A stretch of DNA of 60,123 bases, filler included. It is 4 parts of 4 records of this genome, joined end to end, with 100 filler letters (N's around TTAATTAATTAA, not from the genome) between each part and the next. Parts side by side here need not be neighbours in the genome. Positions count along the whole stretch, not along the records: positions 24,899 to 54,283 come from DRR723986_9326; positions 54,384 to 60,123 come from DRR723986_9348; 2 more parts are not named here. One strand, written 5' to 3'. A program made the translations under genes and the position numbers. Each line of letters starts with the position of its first letter. Position 1 is the first letter of the stretch. Shown piece after piece: positions 49,910-60,122 of this stretch. The notes beneath the pieces were generated by a model. It was given only the letters and a program-made list of their open reading frames with translations, made no database searches and had not been told where the DNA came from.

Positions 49910-52900
49910 ATGCTAAAAGCTTGGTCACGGTATTTTATTGCCCTTTGTTTATTAAGTCCCTTCATGTTCGCGGACATGCAGGCTCAACCCTGTATTGGTG
50001 ATATCACTATGATCTCGCCGGTGGAGCAAAGTATTGATGTCTCCCTGCAGCCGACAATTACGATCGAGACAAATATGAATCTTGTACCTGGAGTTCTTCC
50101 GGCAGTATCGCCAGATTGTGGAACCGGCACCGGTACCTGCATAAATTCTGTCATGTTATTGCCGGTATCGGCATACCAATCAGCACTCGAAAGTGACTGG
50201 TACCTATACTCAAAAGAAGTTGACTGTATTGTCACCACAACACGCCAAATTGAGATTTCACTCAAATCTGGTACCTCGCTAAATTACGGCACACAGTACG
50301 CACTGGTATTCCGCGGAATTCAAGTTGAAGACCTCGGTGTTCCCTGCACCGATGCTATCGATCAGGAATTCGCATTCGCTTTTGAAACAATTCACGAACC
50401 ATCAAGCGTCTACGCAACTTCACTTGACAATGGCGCGGGTATCAACTGTTCCGACGACATCGAAGTAGTGTTTCACGGTCTGGTTCAATCTATGTCGACC
50501 GCTCAGGGCGACGTAATTGAAATGCAGCAGTTGATTTCGGCTAACAATCCGACGATCACTCCAATCAGTATTACAACAACTATTGGTGCTGATAACCGCA
50601 CTGTGACAGTTGACCCTGTTAACAACCTGCAAGCTGGTGAGTGGTATGAACTCATCATTAACGCAGACTACCTGACTGGCGATCCGAGCAATCAACTTAC
50701 GATCCCGTTTACTGTGCGTTCAGTCCAGCAAATTACGTATACTATTAACTCACTGGACCCAAATACAACCTTAACACAGGCCGATGTGCCCTTTACGATT
50801 GATACGGACTACGGTGTTCCGATTGGTGAAAGTTTTAAGATGTGGACACCAAGTCAGATTGGCAATCTCTACCTGAAAGAATGGACAAGTAATTCGCCTG
50901 ACTTTGATCTTTCAACTGACAATGCCTTGGTTGTTACGCCGACCTGTGACGATATCATGGACGTTCAGTTAACAGCTAATTATGCCATTCTAATTGAAGA
51001 CACCTACAGAATTGAACAGGTAGCTGACGGAACAGTTCATGTTAATAATAATACCAGCCATGTCGTTGCCGGCTCATTTGACGAATACACTTACCCTATG
51101 GATCCAAGTGGCGATAATCCGGAACTTATTTTGGTAGCTGTACCAAACCCTGGATATGAGTTTGACAAATGGTCTTGTCCTGCCGAACCTGACATCGATG
51201 GGTTCTCAAATCCAAAGATGATCCTGCCTGGTCGCAGCCCCTATTTTCACAGCGCACCTCGTTTCCTTGACATTACTCCGGTCTACAAGAAAAAACCGGC
51301 AGAGTGCCCAAATCAGGTTGTACTGAATGTCTTTGTTTACCGCGATGGATACATTGATCCGCAAGTGCGCCTTGAAGATATCATTAGTATTCCGGAAGTT
51401 CCGGCCTGGACTACAAACGAAGAAAACCTCCTAAGTGGCGATATTGTCGAGCCCAGACCGCCAATTCCGACTTCAATCAGTATTAATGCAACCGTAGATC
51501 CAGCGTACACACAGTGTTATCATATCACAACCTACTTAGTAACTGACGGTATTCAAAAAGGTGGCGTGCAATTCGGTGGCTCTCCCATTGGAAGTCAACT
51601 CGGACTCACGGTTAATTATCCCACGATCAATGATTGTGAGTATGACGTACACATCTATGTACAACAAAAATTATATGATGTACAAGTCTCGTATAAGTTG
51701 GACGACAATACCGGAATTCCATCACAGCAGTACATGCGAATTGATCAAACAGATTATAAAGGATGGGTGGCAGGTGGAATCATTCCATCCTACGGTTCCA
51801 ATGGTGAATGGACGGGTTTGACATATCAGTATCAGTATGCCTGTGGCACCCAAGCTGAGCATACACCAGTCTTAAACAATTCTTCCGGCCAGAACTTGTA
51901 CAATTATGGTAGTTGGAGTTGCGCTAATCCATACCGCTGCACCAACATTGTCAGCAACAATCCAGATGTAATTCAATTTAACGTATTCCAGGATGAAGAA
52001 ATCCTATATGAATTCGGAAGCAATTTCCGAATCACACAAATTGGATATATGCATACTGATGACCCGACGACACGCATCTGGCGCAACCTGAATGGCAATA
52101 TTAATCGCTGGGAAAATTCTGAAAGAGCCATAGTTGCCATGGATCGCCAAATTGGTGGCTTGGCACAATCTAACTTTCCACATAGCGGACCATTCCACAG
52201 AAGTCACCCACGCCTGCATTTCCGTTTCTCCGATATTGTAGATGAGTCAACTCTGGAAAATGGAAACCTTGAGGTTCAAGAGGTTAACAAACGAGGCGGT
52301 GCCGGCATTCGCCCCGATGGTGCAAGTAATCGCATGTACGACTATCGCATCAATGACAATGGCGATATGATTGGTACCGGTGACGAAGTCCTGCTGGACC
52401 TCTATACCTCCGGTGTCTATGCCACACACATGGATGACCTTTCAATTGTCATCACGAGCCAAATCAAGTCACAATCTGGAGAGAACCTGAGCAATCCATT
52501 TCCATACGGCCTGCGTACCAAAACCGAAATGCCTGGATTTCATGCCTGGGTTGATGAGTTTATCATCGGAGACGGCTTGCAGGATGATCACTGCTGGTTA
52601 GGCGGTGAGCCTGATGTTATCGTACTTGGAATAACCGCCAAAGGCGAAGTAAATGGAAATAGCGTGCAAAACCTTACTTTTGGCCCCGACATCCGTGAAC
52701 CCGAAACAGGATGTTTCCAAAGTGTACACATGGGTGAGGCTTTAGGCGAATTACTGTTATTCGTCCCCCAAATGGAAGAAGAATCGCGTGTTGAATATGG
52801 CTGGGTTTTAATCGATAATGGTCCTGGACTTATTCAAAATGAAATCGACGATTGTTTAGCCGACACGAGAACTGAAATCCAAAACCTGGCGGCGATCAGC

Positions 52901-53143
52901 AGCGGTCCCTTCTACATTGGGGACCTCTTGTTGGACAACGTTAAAGCGGAAATCCAAAGCCGCAAACTCCTGTGTGATGATCATGTAATGGATGAAATGA
53001 CGATTGTGCCTATGTCTTCAGATGAATTGTGGGGTGGAACCGACCTGTACGAACTTGATGTGATCGAAAAGTGGAGTGATGGAAATTACTTTGGTGAAAC
53101 GTTCAAAATCAAATATCGCCAGGCAACTGGTGACGTAGATTAA
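49910..53143 (+). CDS. Large exported Cys-rich protein with SbsA/Big_5-like Ig domains and InlB-B-repeat-like segment; no T9SS CTD
   Basis: AGGAG RBS; signal peptide ending AQP; ISP.....V...PTITI, TVTVDP..NL..G..Y, AVPNPGYEFDKW, FRFSDIVDESTL motifs; acidic C-terminus. Confidence 0.75.
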   Translation: MLKAWSRYFIALCLLSPFMFADMQAQPCIGDITMISPVEQSIDVSLQPTITIETNMNLVPGVLPAVSPDCGTGTGTCINSVMLLPVSAYQSALESDWYLYSKEVDCIVTTTRQIEISLKSGTSLNYGTQYALVFRGIQVEDLGVPCTDAIDQEFAFAFETIHEPSSVYATSLDNGAGINCSDDIEVVFHGLVQSMSTAQGDVIEMQQLISANNPTITPISITTTIGADNRTVTVDPVNNLQAGEWYELIINADYLTGDPSNQLTIPFTVRSVQQITYTINSLDPNTTLTQADVPFTIDTDYGVPIGESFKMWTPSQIGNLYLKEWTSNSPDFDLSTDNALVVTPTCDDIMDVQLTANYAILIEDTYRIEQVADGTVHVNNNTSHVVAGSFDEYTYPMDPSGDNPELILVAVPNPGYEFDKWSCPAEPDIDGFSNPKMILPGRSPYFHSAPRFLDITPVYKKKPAECPNQVVLNVFVYRDGYIDPQVRLEDIISIPEVPAWTTNEENLLSGDIVEPRPPIPTSISINATVDPAYTQCYHITTYLVTDGIQKGGVQFGGSPIGSQLGLTVNYPTINDCEYDVHIYVQQKLYDVQVSYKLDDNTGIPSQQYMRIDQTDYKGWVAGGIIPSYGSNGEWTGLTYQYQYACGTQAEHTPVLNNSSGQNLYNYGSWSCANPYRCTNIVSNNPDVIQFNVFQDEEILYEFGSNFRITQIGYMHTDDPTTRIWRNLNGNINRWENSERAIVAMDRQIGGLAQSNFPHSGPFHRSHPRLHFRFSDIVDESTLENGNLEVQEVNKRGGAGIRPDGASNRMYDYRINDNGDMIGTGDEVLLDLYTSGVYATHMDDLSIVITSQIKSQSGENLSNPFPYGLRTKTEMPGFHAWVDEFIIGDGLQDDHCWLGGEPDVIVLGITAKGEVNGNSVQNLTFGPDIREPETGCFQSVHMGEALGELLLFVPQMEEESRVEYGWVLIDNGPGLIQNEIDDCLADTRTEIQNLAAISSGPFYIGDLLLDNVKAEIQSRKLLCDDHVMDEMTIVPMSSDELWGGTDLYELDVIEKWSDGNYFGETFKIKYRQATGDVD

Positions 53144-53158
53144 GAAACGTTAATAACT

Positions 53159-53200
53159 GTGGTGGCGGGTGTTTTTGCGCCCGTCACTACTTTGTTATTT
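53159..53200 (+). terminator. Hairpin with T-rich tail between 49910..53143 and 53244..53903
   Basis: GTGGTGGCGGGTGT-TTTT-GCGCCCGTCACTAC then TTTGTTATTT. Confidence 0.6.
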
Positions 53201-53243
53201 GTAGCCACATTTCACTCATTACTTCAATTAAGGAGAAATTGAC

Positions 53244-53903
53244 ATGCGAACATCAAACAAGAAAAACTTCCATTTGTACACAGGTTTGTTAACACTATTG
53301 GTTTTTGGATTCATTTCTCAGGCACAAGCCTCGCCTTCATTGTACGTGCGTGCCCCTATATCCGGTGAGCGTGTTTCGCAGGGCGAAATCATAAAAGTTC
53401 AGTGGTTTCAAAATGAAGTCGCAGGCGCCGTGAACATTCAGGTCTGGCAGGCAAACCACGGCAAATGGTACGAACTTGCATCCGGCGTTGACGCCCGCCT
53501 TGGAGAAGTCAATTGGCAGGTACCTCGCACAATATCAGGCAAATGCCGCATTAAAATCGTCAGCGCACACGATGAAACGGTCGAAGCCTTCGGCGGATCC
53601 TTTTTCTTTATTGAAGAAGCAGACTCAGGTGGCGGTACTCCGGCACCTCAGGTAAACAATGAAATTATACAGATCGCACCCAATCCAGCAGAAACCAGCG
53701 TTGATATTACCTGGCCCGTCGATGTTAAGGCCTTCTCTATCTCAGTCGTTGACTTACTAGGAAATGAAATGTACCGTCAAAAGCTGGCTGGGCAGCATAG
53801 CATCGTTGTTAACACCGCGGATTGGGCAACCGGCGCTTACCGCGTGCAGTTACATGGCGCGGCCGAATTGACCTGGCACTCGACACTTGTGGTACAGCGT
53901 TAA
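53244..53903 (+). CDS. Small T9SS-secreted protein: single Kre9/Ser-Thr-rich-GPI-like Ig domain + T9SS CTD
   Basis: AAGGAG RBS; signal peptide; P..GE....G....V.W...V.I.......W...G...W.VP......CRIKI; IAPNP...VDLLG...WATGAY CTD. Confidence 0.85.
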   Translation: MRTSNKKNFHLYTGLLTLLVFGFISQAQASPSLYVRAPISGERVSQGEIIKVQWFQNEVAGAVNIQVWQANHGKWYELASGVDARLGEVNWQVPRTISGKCRIKIVSAHDETVEAFGGSFFFIEEADSGGGTPAPQVNNEIIQIAPNPAETSVDITWPVDVKAFSISVVDLLGNEMYRQKLAGQHSIVVNTADWATGAYRVQLHGAAELTWHSTLVVQR

Positions 53904-54095
53904 ACAAAATAATCAGGCTGCCAAAGGGTAATATCGCTAACAAGGACAAACCCGGCAGCCTTACTTTAACTAAGAATTGGACTATTAGTCACGAGTTCAT
54001 GCGCTGTATGCTTTTAATCAGACGCGCGGTTCCCCCAGCGGCTCAAGAATATAATACTTGAGCCGCTGCCGTTTAATTAAACATAACAACGCCAA

Positions 54096-54281
54096 TCACT
54101 CAACCACAAAACTTCCAGTTCTTCCCACCTGCACTCCTCCAATTCTGCAGCAATACACTCCCGCGGATCAGCCACTAAGGTCAAACTGGACTTCTGCACC
54201 AATTACTTCCAGCTCAAGGAAATCAGCCCGGATGAGGATCCGCTGACTCTTGATTAAAAGAAGTTCCCTGTAATTGCAAGC
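54096..54281 (-). pseudogene. T9SS CTD remnant with in-frame TGA (5'-truncated by contig end)
   Basis: Own translation: ...LELEVIGAEVQFDLSG*SAGVYCCRIGGVQVGRTGSFVVE*; stop at 54170-54168 where the CTD motif D.S.L..G.Y has Leu. Confidence 0.5.
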
Positions 54282-54283
54282 AC

Positions 54284-54383
54284 NNNNNNNNNNNNNNNNN
54301 NNNNNNNNNNNNNNNNNNNNNNNNNNNTTAATTAATTAANNNNNNNNNNNNNNNNNNNNNNNNNNNNNNNNNNNNNNNNNNNN
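54284..54383. other. Artificial contig spacer
   Basis: 44 N + TTAATTAATTAA + 44 N. Confidence 0.99.
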
Positions 54384-56504
54384 CTGACCGGTCAGGTTTT
54401 TCAGCTTGTTTGCCGACACGTGCGTCATCTCAGAACTTGCGGTCAACCCCGCGATCACCGCCGTCATGAAACCTACGCTGTCAGCAACGCCACTGGTCTG
54501 GGCACTCTGGACCGCGTTGGTTTCAGCAATGCCCGAGATCGCCCGGAAGAGCTTGTCGACCATGTGATGCAGTTCGGCATTGTCATCCGACGCCGCCCGG
54601 GCCTGAGCCAGACGGGTCTCCATTTCTGCCATGCCGTCTTCCATCGTGGTTACGGCGCGCTGAGTTTCTTCCCGCACCCGATACAGACGCTCATCAATTT
54701 CCGTCGTGGCCTGGGCTGTCCGACTGGCCAGTTGCCGTACCTCATCGGCGACGACTGCAAATCCCCGCCCTGCCTCACCGGCCCGAGCCGCTTCTATGGC
54801 CGCATTGAGCGCGAGCAGATTGGTCTGGGCAGCAATGTCGTTGATCATTTCAGCCGCCTTGCCGATCTCATCCGTGCGTTCACTCGCGGCGCGGATACCC
54901 TCGGCCGAACGCACGATAACGTCGCGAATGCTCTCGGTTTCACGGCTGACACGGGCAAACTGATCTTTGGCGCGAGCCACCACATCTTCCATACTTACTC
55001 GCATTTCCTGCGCTGTGGTCGAGGCATTTTCGATTTCGTTCTGCTGCAGATCAGCGCCCTTCAGCATCTGCTCTATGTCATGTACCACCTGCTGAATTTT
55101 TTCATCCGCCTGGCGGTTCTGACCCACAAGGTGTTCACTGGCGGAGCGGGATTCACCCGCAAGACTGATGACCTGCCCCACCATGCCGTCGAGGGTATCC
55201 AGAAAGCTGTTCATCCAGCGCGCGAGATCCCCGCTCTCATCCCGCTTGGTCTTGCCAACATCGAGACGCTGGCGCAGATTCCCGCCTCCTTCGGCAATGT
55301 TTCGTATGACATCCGCGAGTGATGACAGGCTATCTGCCAATGGCTTAGAGGAACTTGCCCGGAAGATGACAAGACCCAGGAGCGCAACCATCGCGTTCAC
55401 GGAGGCTTCCAGCCACAGGGGAGCACCGCTTGCCGAAACCGCTACGTTGGCTGCCCAGATAAGCGCCATAAGGACCCCGAGCCGCGCTGTCAGTCGATAG
55501 CTGACCGAACGTTTCCGATACACCTCCTCCAGGTCGCCTTCACACATCATGCCCCAACGATCAGGAGACCCGGGTAACTGGAAGGTCACGCCTTTGCCAA
55601 TCACCGGTATGTGGCGATAGTCGGAATAGCCGGGGTACTTAACGTAGAGGTTTTCACCGCGGGCCATGGTTTCGCGTACCCCCGGGTGCAACTGCCCCGT
55701 AGCCGGGTCGGTAAAACGTATTTCGAATTCGGTGTGTTCCCAAATCCGTACTGTACCGAAGCCCGTACGGATTCCGTCTTTGAGGTTGTCACCGTGACTG
55801 AAGGTGGCGTCTTCAAACCGCGAGCGCGACAAGGCAACTCCCGGTCTGATCGACGGATCAAACTGGCTGTCGATCATGAAAATGTAGTTGTCGCCGGACT
55901 CTTCAAAAATGTGCCCGGCTTCGCGCTGAATCAGGTCACTCATGACATCGTTCGGAACCCGGGCACAGACTACCGCTGCCTGATTGCCAGCGAGAGCGAC
56001 CGGCTGGTAGAACATCAGCGTGACATCGTCATGAAACCTGGAGGTTGTGGCACCAAGCTGCAAGGTGACCGGATCACTGTAGGGCCCGTGGAGAAACCGC
56101 TCTCTCACCCCTCGTTGCACGGCCGCGGGCATGAGGCCTGCGGCTCCGGTTCTGCCGGTCACCGTCGAGGCGACAACAGAGCCATCTTCTCTCACAACGA
56201 AAAGCTCGGAGATTTCCCGGAGGCGCGTAACGGCCGAATCCAGCACCTCTGAAATGCTATCCTGTTCGCTACCCTCAAGCCGTGCCGCAAGCCCCTCAAG
56301 GAAGGCCCACTTGCCATTTGCCCAGTTAATCAGCGCTTCGCGACGGGTTTTCGCGATGCTCTCGAATATCTCTTCATTCGTTGCATATTGCTGGCGGTTC
56401 AAAAAACAGGACCATCCCATCCGCAACTTACCTGTGGCCCCAAACCAGGGCAACCAGCCCCGCTCATCGGATGAAAGGTTCATGGAATCACTGCGTAAAG
56501 TCAT
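54384..56504 (-). CDS. Methyl-accepting chemotaxis protein (3'-truncated)
   Basis: [37 protein letters not shown] signalling hairpin; HAMP domain; two adjacent TM helices after a large N-terminal domain. Confidence 0.95.
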
Positions 56505-56584
56505 AGCGCGCCTTCCTCAATCAGTACTGCATGCCTGCACTACAACGATGTGGTGCAAACATACCTGCTTTCAGAAGGAAGCTA

Positions 56585-56601
56585 AGCAAAGAGCGGGCCT
56601 G
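56585..56601 (-). promoter_or_regulatory. Sigma54 (-24/-12) promoter of the MCP gene
   Basis: Minus strand CAGGCCCGCTCTTTGCT: GG-N10-GC with TTGC. Confidence 0.6.
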
Positions 56602-56665
56602 AACCGGCGGACTGGTCAAAACCTGAAGGGAGGTAGCAACTGCCGGATTCAAATGATGAGAGAGG

Positions 56666-56711
56666 CGCACCATCGGGGTGCGCCATAAAAACTATGCACC
56701 ATGGAAGGGCA
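56666..56711. promoter_or_regulatory. Tandem NtrC-type enhancer sites
   Basis: CGCACCATCGGGGTGCG (56666-56682) and TGCACCATGGAAGGGCA (56695-56711) vs consensus TGCACC-N5-GGTGCA. Confidence 0.6.
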
Positions 56712-56725
56712 GGGAGCCCCTGAGC

Positions 56726-57580
56726 TCAGCGGGTCTTCAGATTCTCCAGAAACTCAGCCGTTTCTGCTTGCATGTCGACAACACGTTGCCGCCATTCCGC
56801 CTTGTAGGCCGCAAACTCCTCGCTCAATTCGCTCAATTGCAGCTGGGCTTCGGCGGCGGTCGAGGTGCTATCCGCAAGCGTTTTCAAGTTGGCTTCAGAC
56901 AACTGCGCCCGCTGGTCTTCAAGCCTGATTACCGTTTCGTTCAAGGTACGTCTGTCCTGCGGCGTTGCTGATGGCGTAGATTCAAGAGCTTCCCGCAGGG
57001 ATTCAGACAGCTCTTCCAGATGTTGGCTCAGCTGATCACCGTACTCTTCAGCCAACGCCGACAAATCTTCATTCATACTCTGGGCCTGTTGCTGCAACTC
57101 CCGCCCCAGCCTCTCAAGCTCTACCGCCATCTCATCAGATTGATTTGCCCATCGACTCTTGAGATCTTCACCCAGTTTTTCCAGCTGCCCAACAAGACTT
57201 CCCCAAACCGGGCCCTGTTTCAGGGCATCACCGGTGCGATAATAATCCACCAGCCAGTCGTCACCTTTACGTACCAGATAGGTTAAGGACTCCGTGGCTT
57301 CGTTCTGGCCCTCCAGACCACTCAGGGTGGTGGTTACCCGAGCCAGATTGTCATCAATGACCACACGCCCCCACTCAATGCTCACGTTCTGCCATTGCTG
57401 TTCAAAACCATCGAACGCCGCTTCATCGACCAGGGTTGAATAATCTGCGGCCGCTTCAGCATCCTCTTCAAGTACAGCTTGCCAAAATGCTTCGGATACT
57501 TCCTGGGGCGATTCCGGGCGACTGCAACCTGTCGCCATGAGTACGGAAAACACCAGAAAAGGAAAAAGTACATATTTCAT
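56726..57580 (-). CDS. Hypothetical lipoprotein with coiled-coil C-terminal half
   Basis: Lipobox ATGC; SPQEVSEAFW...WLVDY N-terminal domain; GAGG RBS. Confidence 0.8.
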   Translation of the reverse strand: MKYVLFPFLVFSVLMATGCSRPESPQEVSEAFWQAVLEEDAEAAADYSTLVDEAAFDGFEQQWQNVSIEWGRVVIDDNLARVTTTLSGLEGQNEATESLTYLVRKGDDWLVDYYRTGDALKQGPVWGSLVGQLEKLGEDLKSRWANQSDEMAVELERLGRELQQQAQSMNEDLSALAEEYGDQLSQHLEELSESLREALESTPSATPQDRRTLNETVIRLEDQRAQLSEANLKTLADSTSTAAEAQLQLSELSEEFAAYKAEWRQRVVDMQAETAEFLENLKTR

Positions 57581-57643
57581 TAATCAACCTCATCGATCGC
57601 CCGGGAACAGTGACCCGGATTTTACATCAGGTGAAGGACCGCA

Positions 57644-58321
57644 TTAGCGACGATTGCCCATCGTTAAGATATCGTCGTACTCCCACACTCTCACCACTGC
57701 ACCGCCCGAAGTGATTCCGCTAATGGTCTCAAGCTCGTTGACCATGGCCGACGCTACGGCTTCCGCGTCAATCGCCCGATATTTTCTCAGTGGCCCGATC
57801 AACGCCCGATTCGCAACCGGCATGACGGCCACACCAAGAGCCTCGGCCGTTCGAGCCTCCTTGCGCTGCCCCAGCAACAGGCTCGGGTGGTAGATCGCAA
57901 GATAAGGAAATTTCAGCGCCCGGACATTGTCCTCAAGCTCTCCTTTGACTCGATTGTAGAAAACCGGGGATTGCGAAGATGCTCCGATGGCCGACATCAG
58001 AATCAATGCCCGTGCACCGGCGTTACGGGCCATCTGAGCTGCCTTCAATGCATAGTCATGATCGACCTTGCGAAAGGCTTCTCTGGAGCCTGCCTTTTTC
58101 AGGGTTGTTCCAAGACAACAGATCAGGACATCCACCTGGAAAGCGTCAGGCTGAGCCTCCATCGCATCAAAATCCATGAAGCGCTGCTCCAGTTTCGAAT
58201 TTTCCACGACCATCGGCCGGCGAACCGGAGCGATCACAGTCGATATCTCCGGCTGCTCGAGGAGCTTCTCCACCACCATGTCTCCGGTCAGGCCGGTAGC
58301 GCCTAAAACCATCACCTTCAT
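57644..58321 (-). CDS. NAD(P)-binding oxidoreductase (YraR/TIP30-like atypical SDR)
   Basis: VLGATGLTG, CCLGTTLKKAGS, FYNRVKGE, PSLLLG; start set to ATG 58321. Confidence 0.9.
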   Translation of the reverse strand: MKVMVLGATGLTGDMVVEKLLEQPEISTVIAPVRRPMVVENSKLEQRFMDFDAMEAQPDAFQVDVLICCLGTTLKKAGSREAFRKVDHDYALKAAQMARNAGARALILMSAIGASSQSPVFYNRVKGELEDNVRALKFPYLAIYHPSLLLGQRKEARTAEALGVAVMPVANRALIGPLRKYRAIDAEAVASAMVNELETISGITSGGAVVRVWEYDDILTMGNRR

Positions 58322-58418
58322 TCGGTGTCTCCCTGTGTTCATCGCTTCTGATTGGTTGCCGGATTGCGTAGGATGATACTCGTAAACACCCGAATCCGAG
58401 CTCTCAACACGTGCCACT

Positions 58419-58832
58419 ATGCTGAAATTATCCAATGCCGTCGAACTGGCAGACTGGGAAATCCAGATTACGCAGATACGATCCCAGGGGGCCGGCGGTC
58501 AGAATGTGAATAAGGTTGCCTCTGCCGTACACCTACGATTCGACATCCTGCATTCCACCCTGCCGCCGTTTTACAAAGAGCGTTTGATGGCATTGTCCGA
58601 CCAGCGCATCAGTAAAGACGGCGTGATTGTGATCAAGGGGCAGTCTTTCCGCACGTTTGAGCAGAACAAAGAGGACGCACTGAACCGACTCAAGACTCTC
58701 ATTCAGGAGGCGGTAAAGCCGCAAAAAGCCCGCCGGCCAACACGGCCGACGAAATCCTCCCAACGGCGGCGTGTGGATAACAAAACCCGCCGTGGAGAGA
58801 TCAAATCCCTGAGGGGAAAAGTAAAACCCTAA
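58419..58832 (+). CDS. arfB: Alternative ribosome rescue peptidyl-tRNA hydrolase ArfB
   Basis: GAGGQNVNKV GGQ motif and basic C-terminal tail RRPTRPTKSS...RG. Confidence 0.95.
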   Translation: MLKLSNAVELADWEIQITQIRSQGAGGQNVNKVASAVHLRFDILHSTLPPFYKERLMALSDQRISKDGVIVIKGQSFRTFEQNKEDALNRLKTLIQEAVKPQKARRPTRPTKSSQRRRVDNKTRRGEIKSLRGKVKP

Positions 58833-60122
58833 GTCAGCCCCTGCTCTTTCGCCAGGGCGGCTGCGGCCCGGGGACCGGTCCACAGCGAAGGGAGAATAAT
58901 CAACGACACCGGAATGGCTGTGATCACAATGAACTGTTGCAACACCCCAATCTGACCGGCCCCCATATAGAGAAGAATCGCGGCCATCAGTGCCATGGCG
59001 CCACCCCAGAAAACGCGAATCCAGGGTTGCGGCTCGTCATGGCCGGCCCCCACCATCGCAATGGAGTAGCTCATCGAATCTCCGGTTGTCGCCACAAAGA
59101 TAGTGGTCAACAACAGGATGGCAGCCGCCATCCAGGTGCCCCCCGGCAGTGCCTGAGCAACCGTCAGTGTGGCGACATCAAACTGAAAGCTGTTCAGGGC
59201 GTCGGTCAAATCAAACGTGCCAGACAGCTGATGATAGATGCCGGAGCCACCCAGTAACGTGAACCAGATGGTCGTAGCGATGGGTGCCAGTATGGCGACC
59301 GCCATGATGGTTTCACGGACTGTTCTACCCCGCGAGATTCTCGATACAAACACTGCCATCAAGGGGGTGTAACCAATAAACCAGGCGAAGAAAAACACCG
59401 TCCACCACTTCATCCACCAATCGGGCGCCGTCTGTGCTGTCATCGTGGCCATGGAGAAAAATGAACCCAGATACTCCCCCATGGATTGCACGTAGACATC
59501 CGTAAGGAATAGCGTTGGGCCAAACACAAAAATAACACCGGCGATGACCAGCGCCAGGATGACGTTGAAACGACTGAGCAGCTGGATACCCCGATGCAGC
59601 CCGGTCATTGCAGATGTCATGTATACCCCCGCCAGCACGGTCAGAACCATGAGCTGGGTGCCATAATCATCGGAGACACCAAAAAGCTCATGCAATCCAA
59701 AGCTCATCTGTGTCGCCAGAAAGCCGATCGGGCCCACGGTGCCGGCAACCACGGCGATCACGCAGGCAGCATCCACAACTCCGCCCAAGCGCCCACGAAC
59801 GACGCGCTCACCTAAAACGGGATAAAGCAGCGTCCGTGGCTGCAGCGGCTGCCCTTGTGAGTAGTGCGCGCGCGAGAGCACGATGGCCGTTAATGAACCA
59901 AGCACAGCCCAGGCTAGAAACCCCCAGTGCATAAATGACTGGGCTAGCGCAGGTGCAACGGCGGCAGGGGACGAGGCCTCGGTGTCGAACGCCGGCGGGG
60001 TGACCACAAAATGATAGACCGGCTCACCTGCTGCGAAGAAGACTCCGCCACCGGCCAGCAACGTACACATGATCATCGATAGCCAGCGGAACCGGCCAAT
60101 CTCCGGCTCATCCAGCCCTCCA
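58829..60122 (-). CDS. BCCT family (betaine/choline/carnitine) transporter (5'-truncated)
   Basis: WLSMIMCTLLAGGGVFF, FMHWG, WTVFFFAWFIG, ISRGRTVRE, FVATTGDS; frame open to window end. Confidence 0.93.
   Translation of the reverse strand, partial: GGLDEPEIGRFRWLSMIMCTLLAGGGVFFAAGEPVYHFVVTPPAFDTEASSPAAVAPALAQSFMHWGFLAWAVLGSLTAIVLSRAHYSQGQPLQPRTLLYPVLGERVVRGRLGGVVDAACVIAVVAGTVGPIGFLATQMSFGLHELFGVSDDYGTQLMVLTVLAGVYMTSAMTGLHRGIQLLSRFNVILALVIAGVIFVFGPTLFLTDVYVQSMGEYLGSFFSMATMTAQTAPDWWMKWWTVFFFAWFIGYTPLMAVFVSRISRGRTVRETIMAVAILAPIATTIWFTLLGGSGIYHQLSGTFDLTDALNSFQFDVATLTVAQALPGGTWMAAAILLLTTIFVATTGDSMSYSIAMVGAGHDEPQPWIRVFWGGAMALMAAILLYMGAGQIGVLQQFIVITAIPVSLIILPSLWTGPRAAAALAKEQGLT

Noticed and set aside
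54168-54170. In-frame TGA as evidence of recoding (selenocysteine or alternative genetic code)
   Set aside because: Other genes on the contig end normally at TGA (e.g. 34363, 43901) and the position expects Leu; a nonsense mutation or sequencing error is simpler.
56536-56557. Leader hairpin of the MCP gene with an ATCGTT hexaloop as an ANTAR target
   Set aside because: ANTAR sites need tandem hairpins; a convincing second hairpin and terminator were not found.
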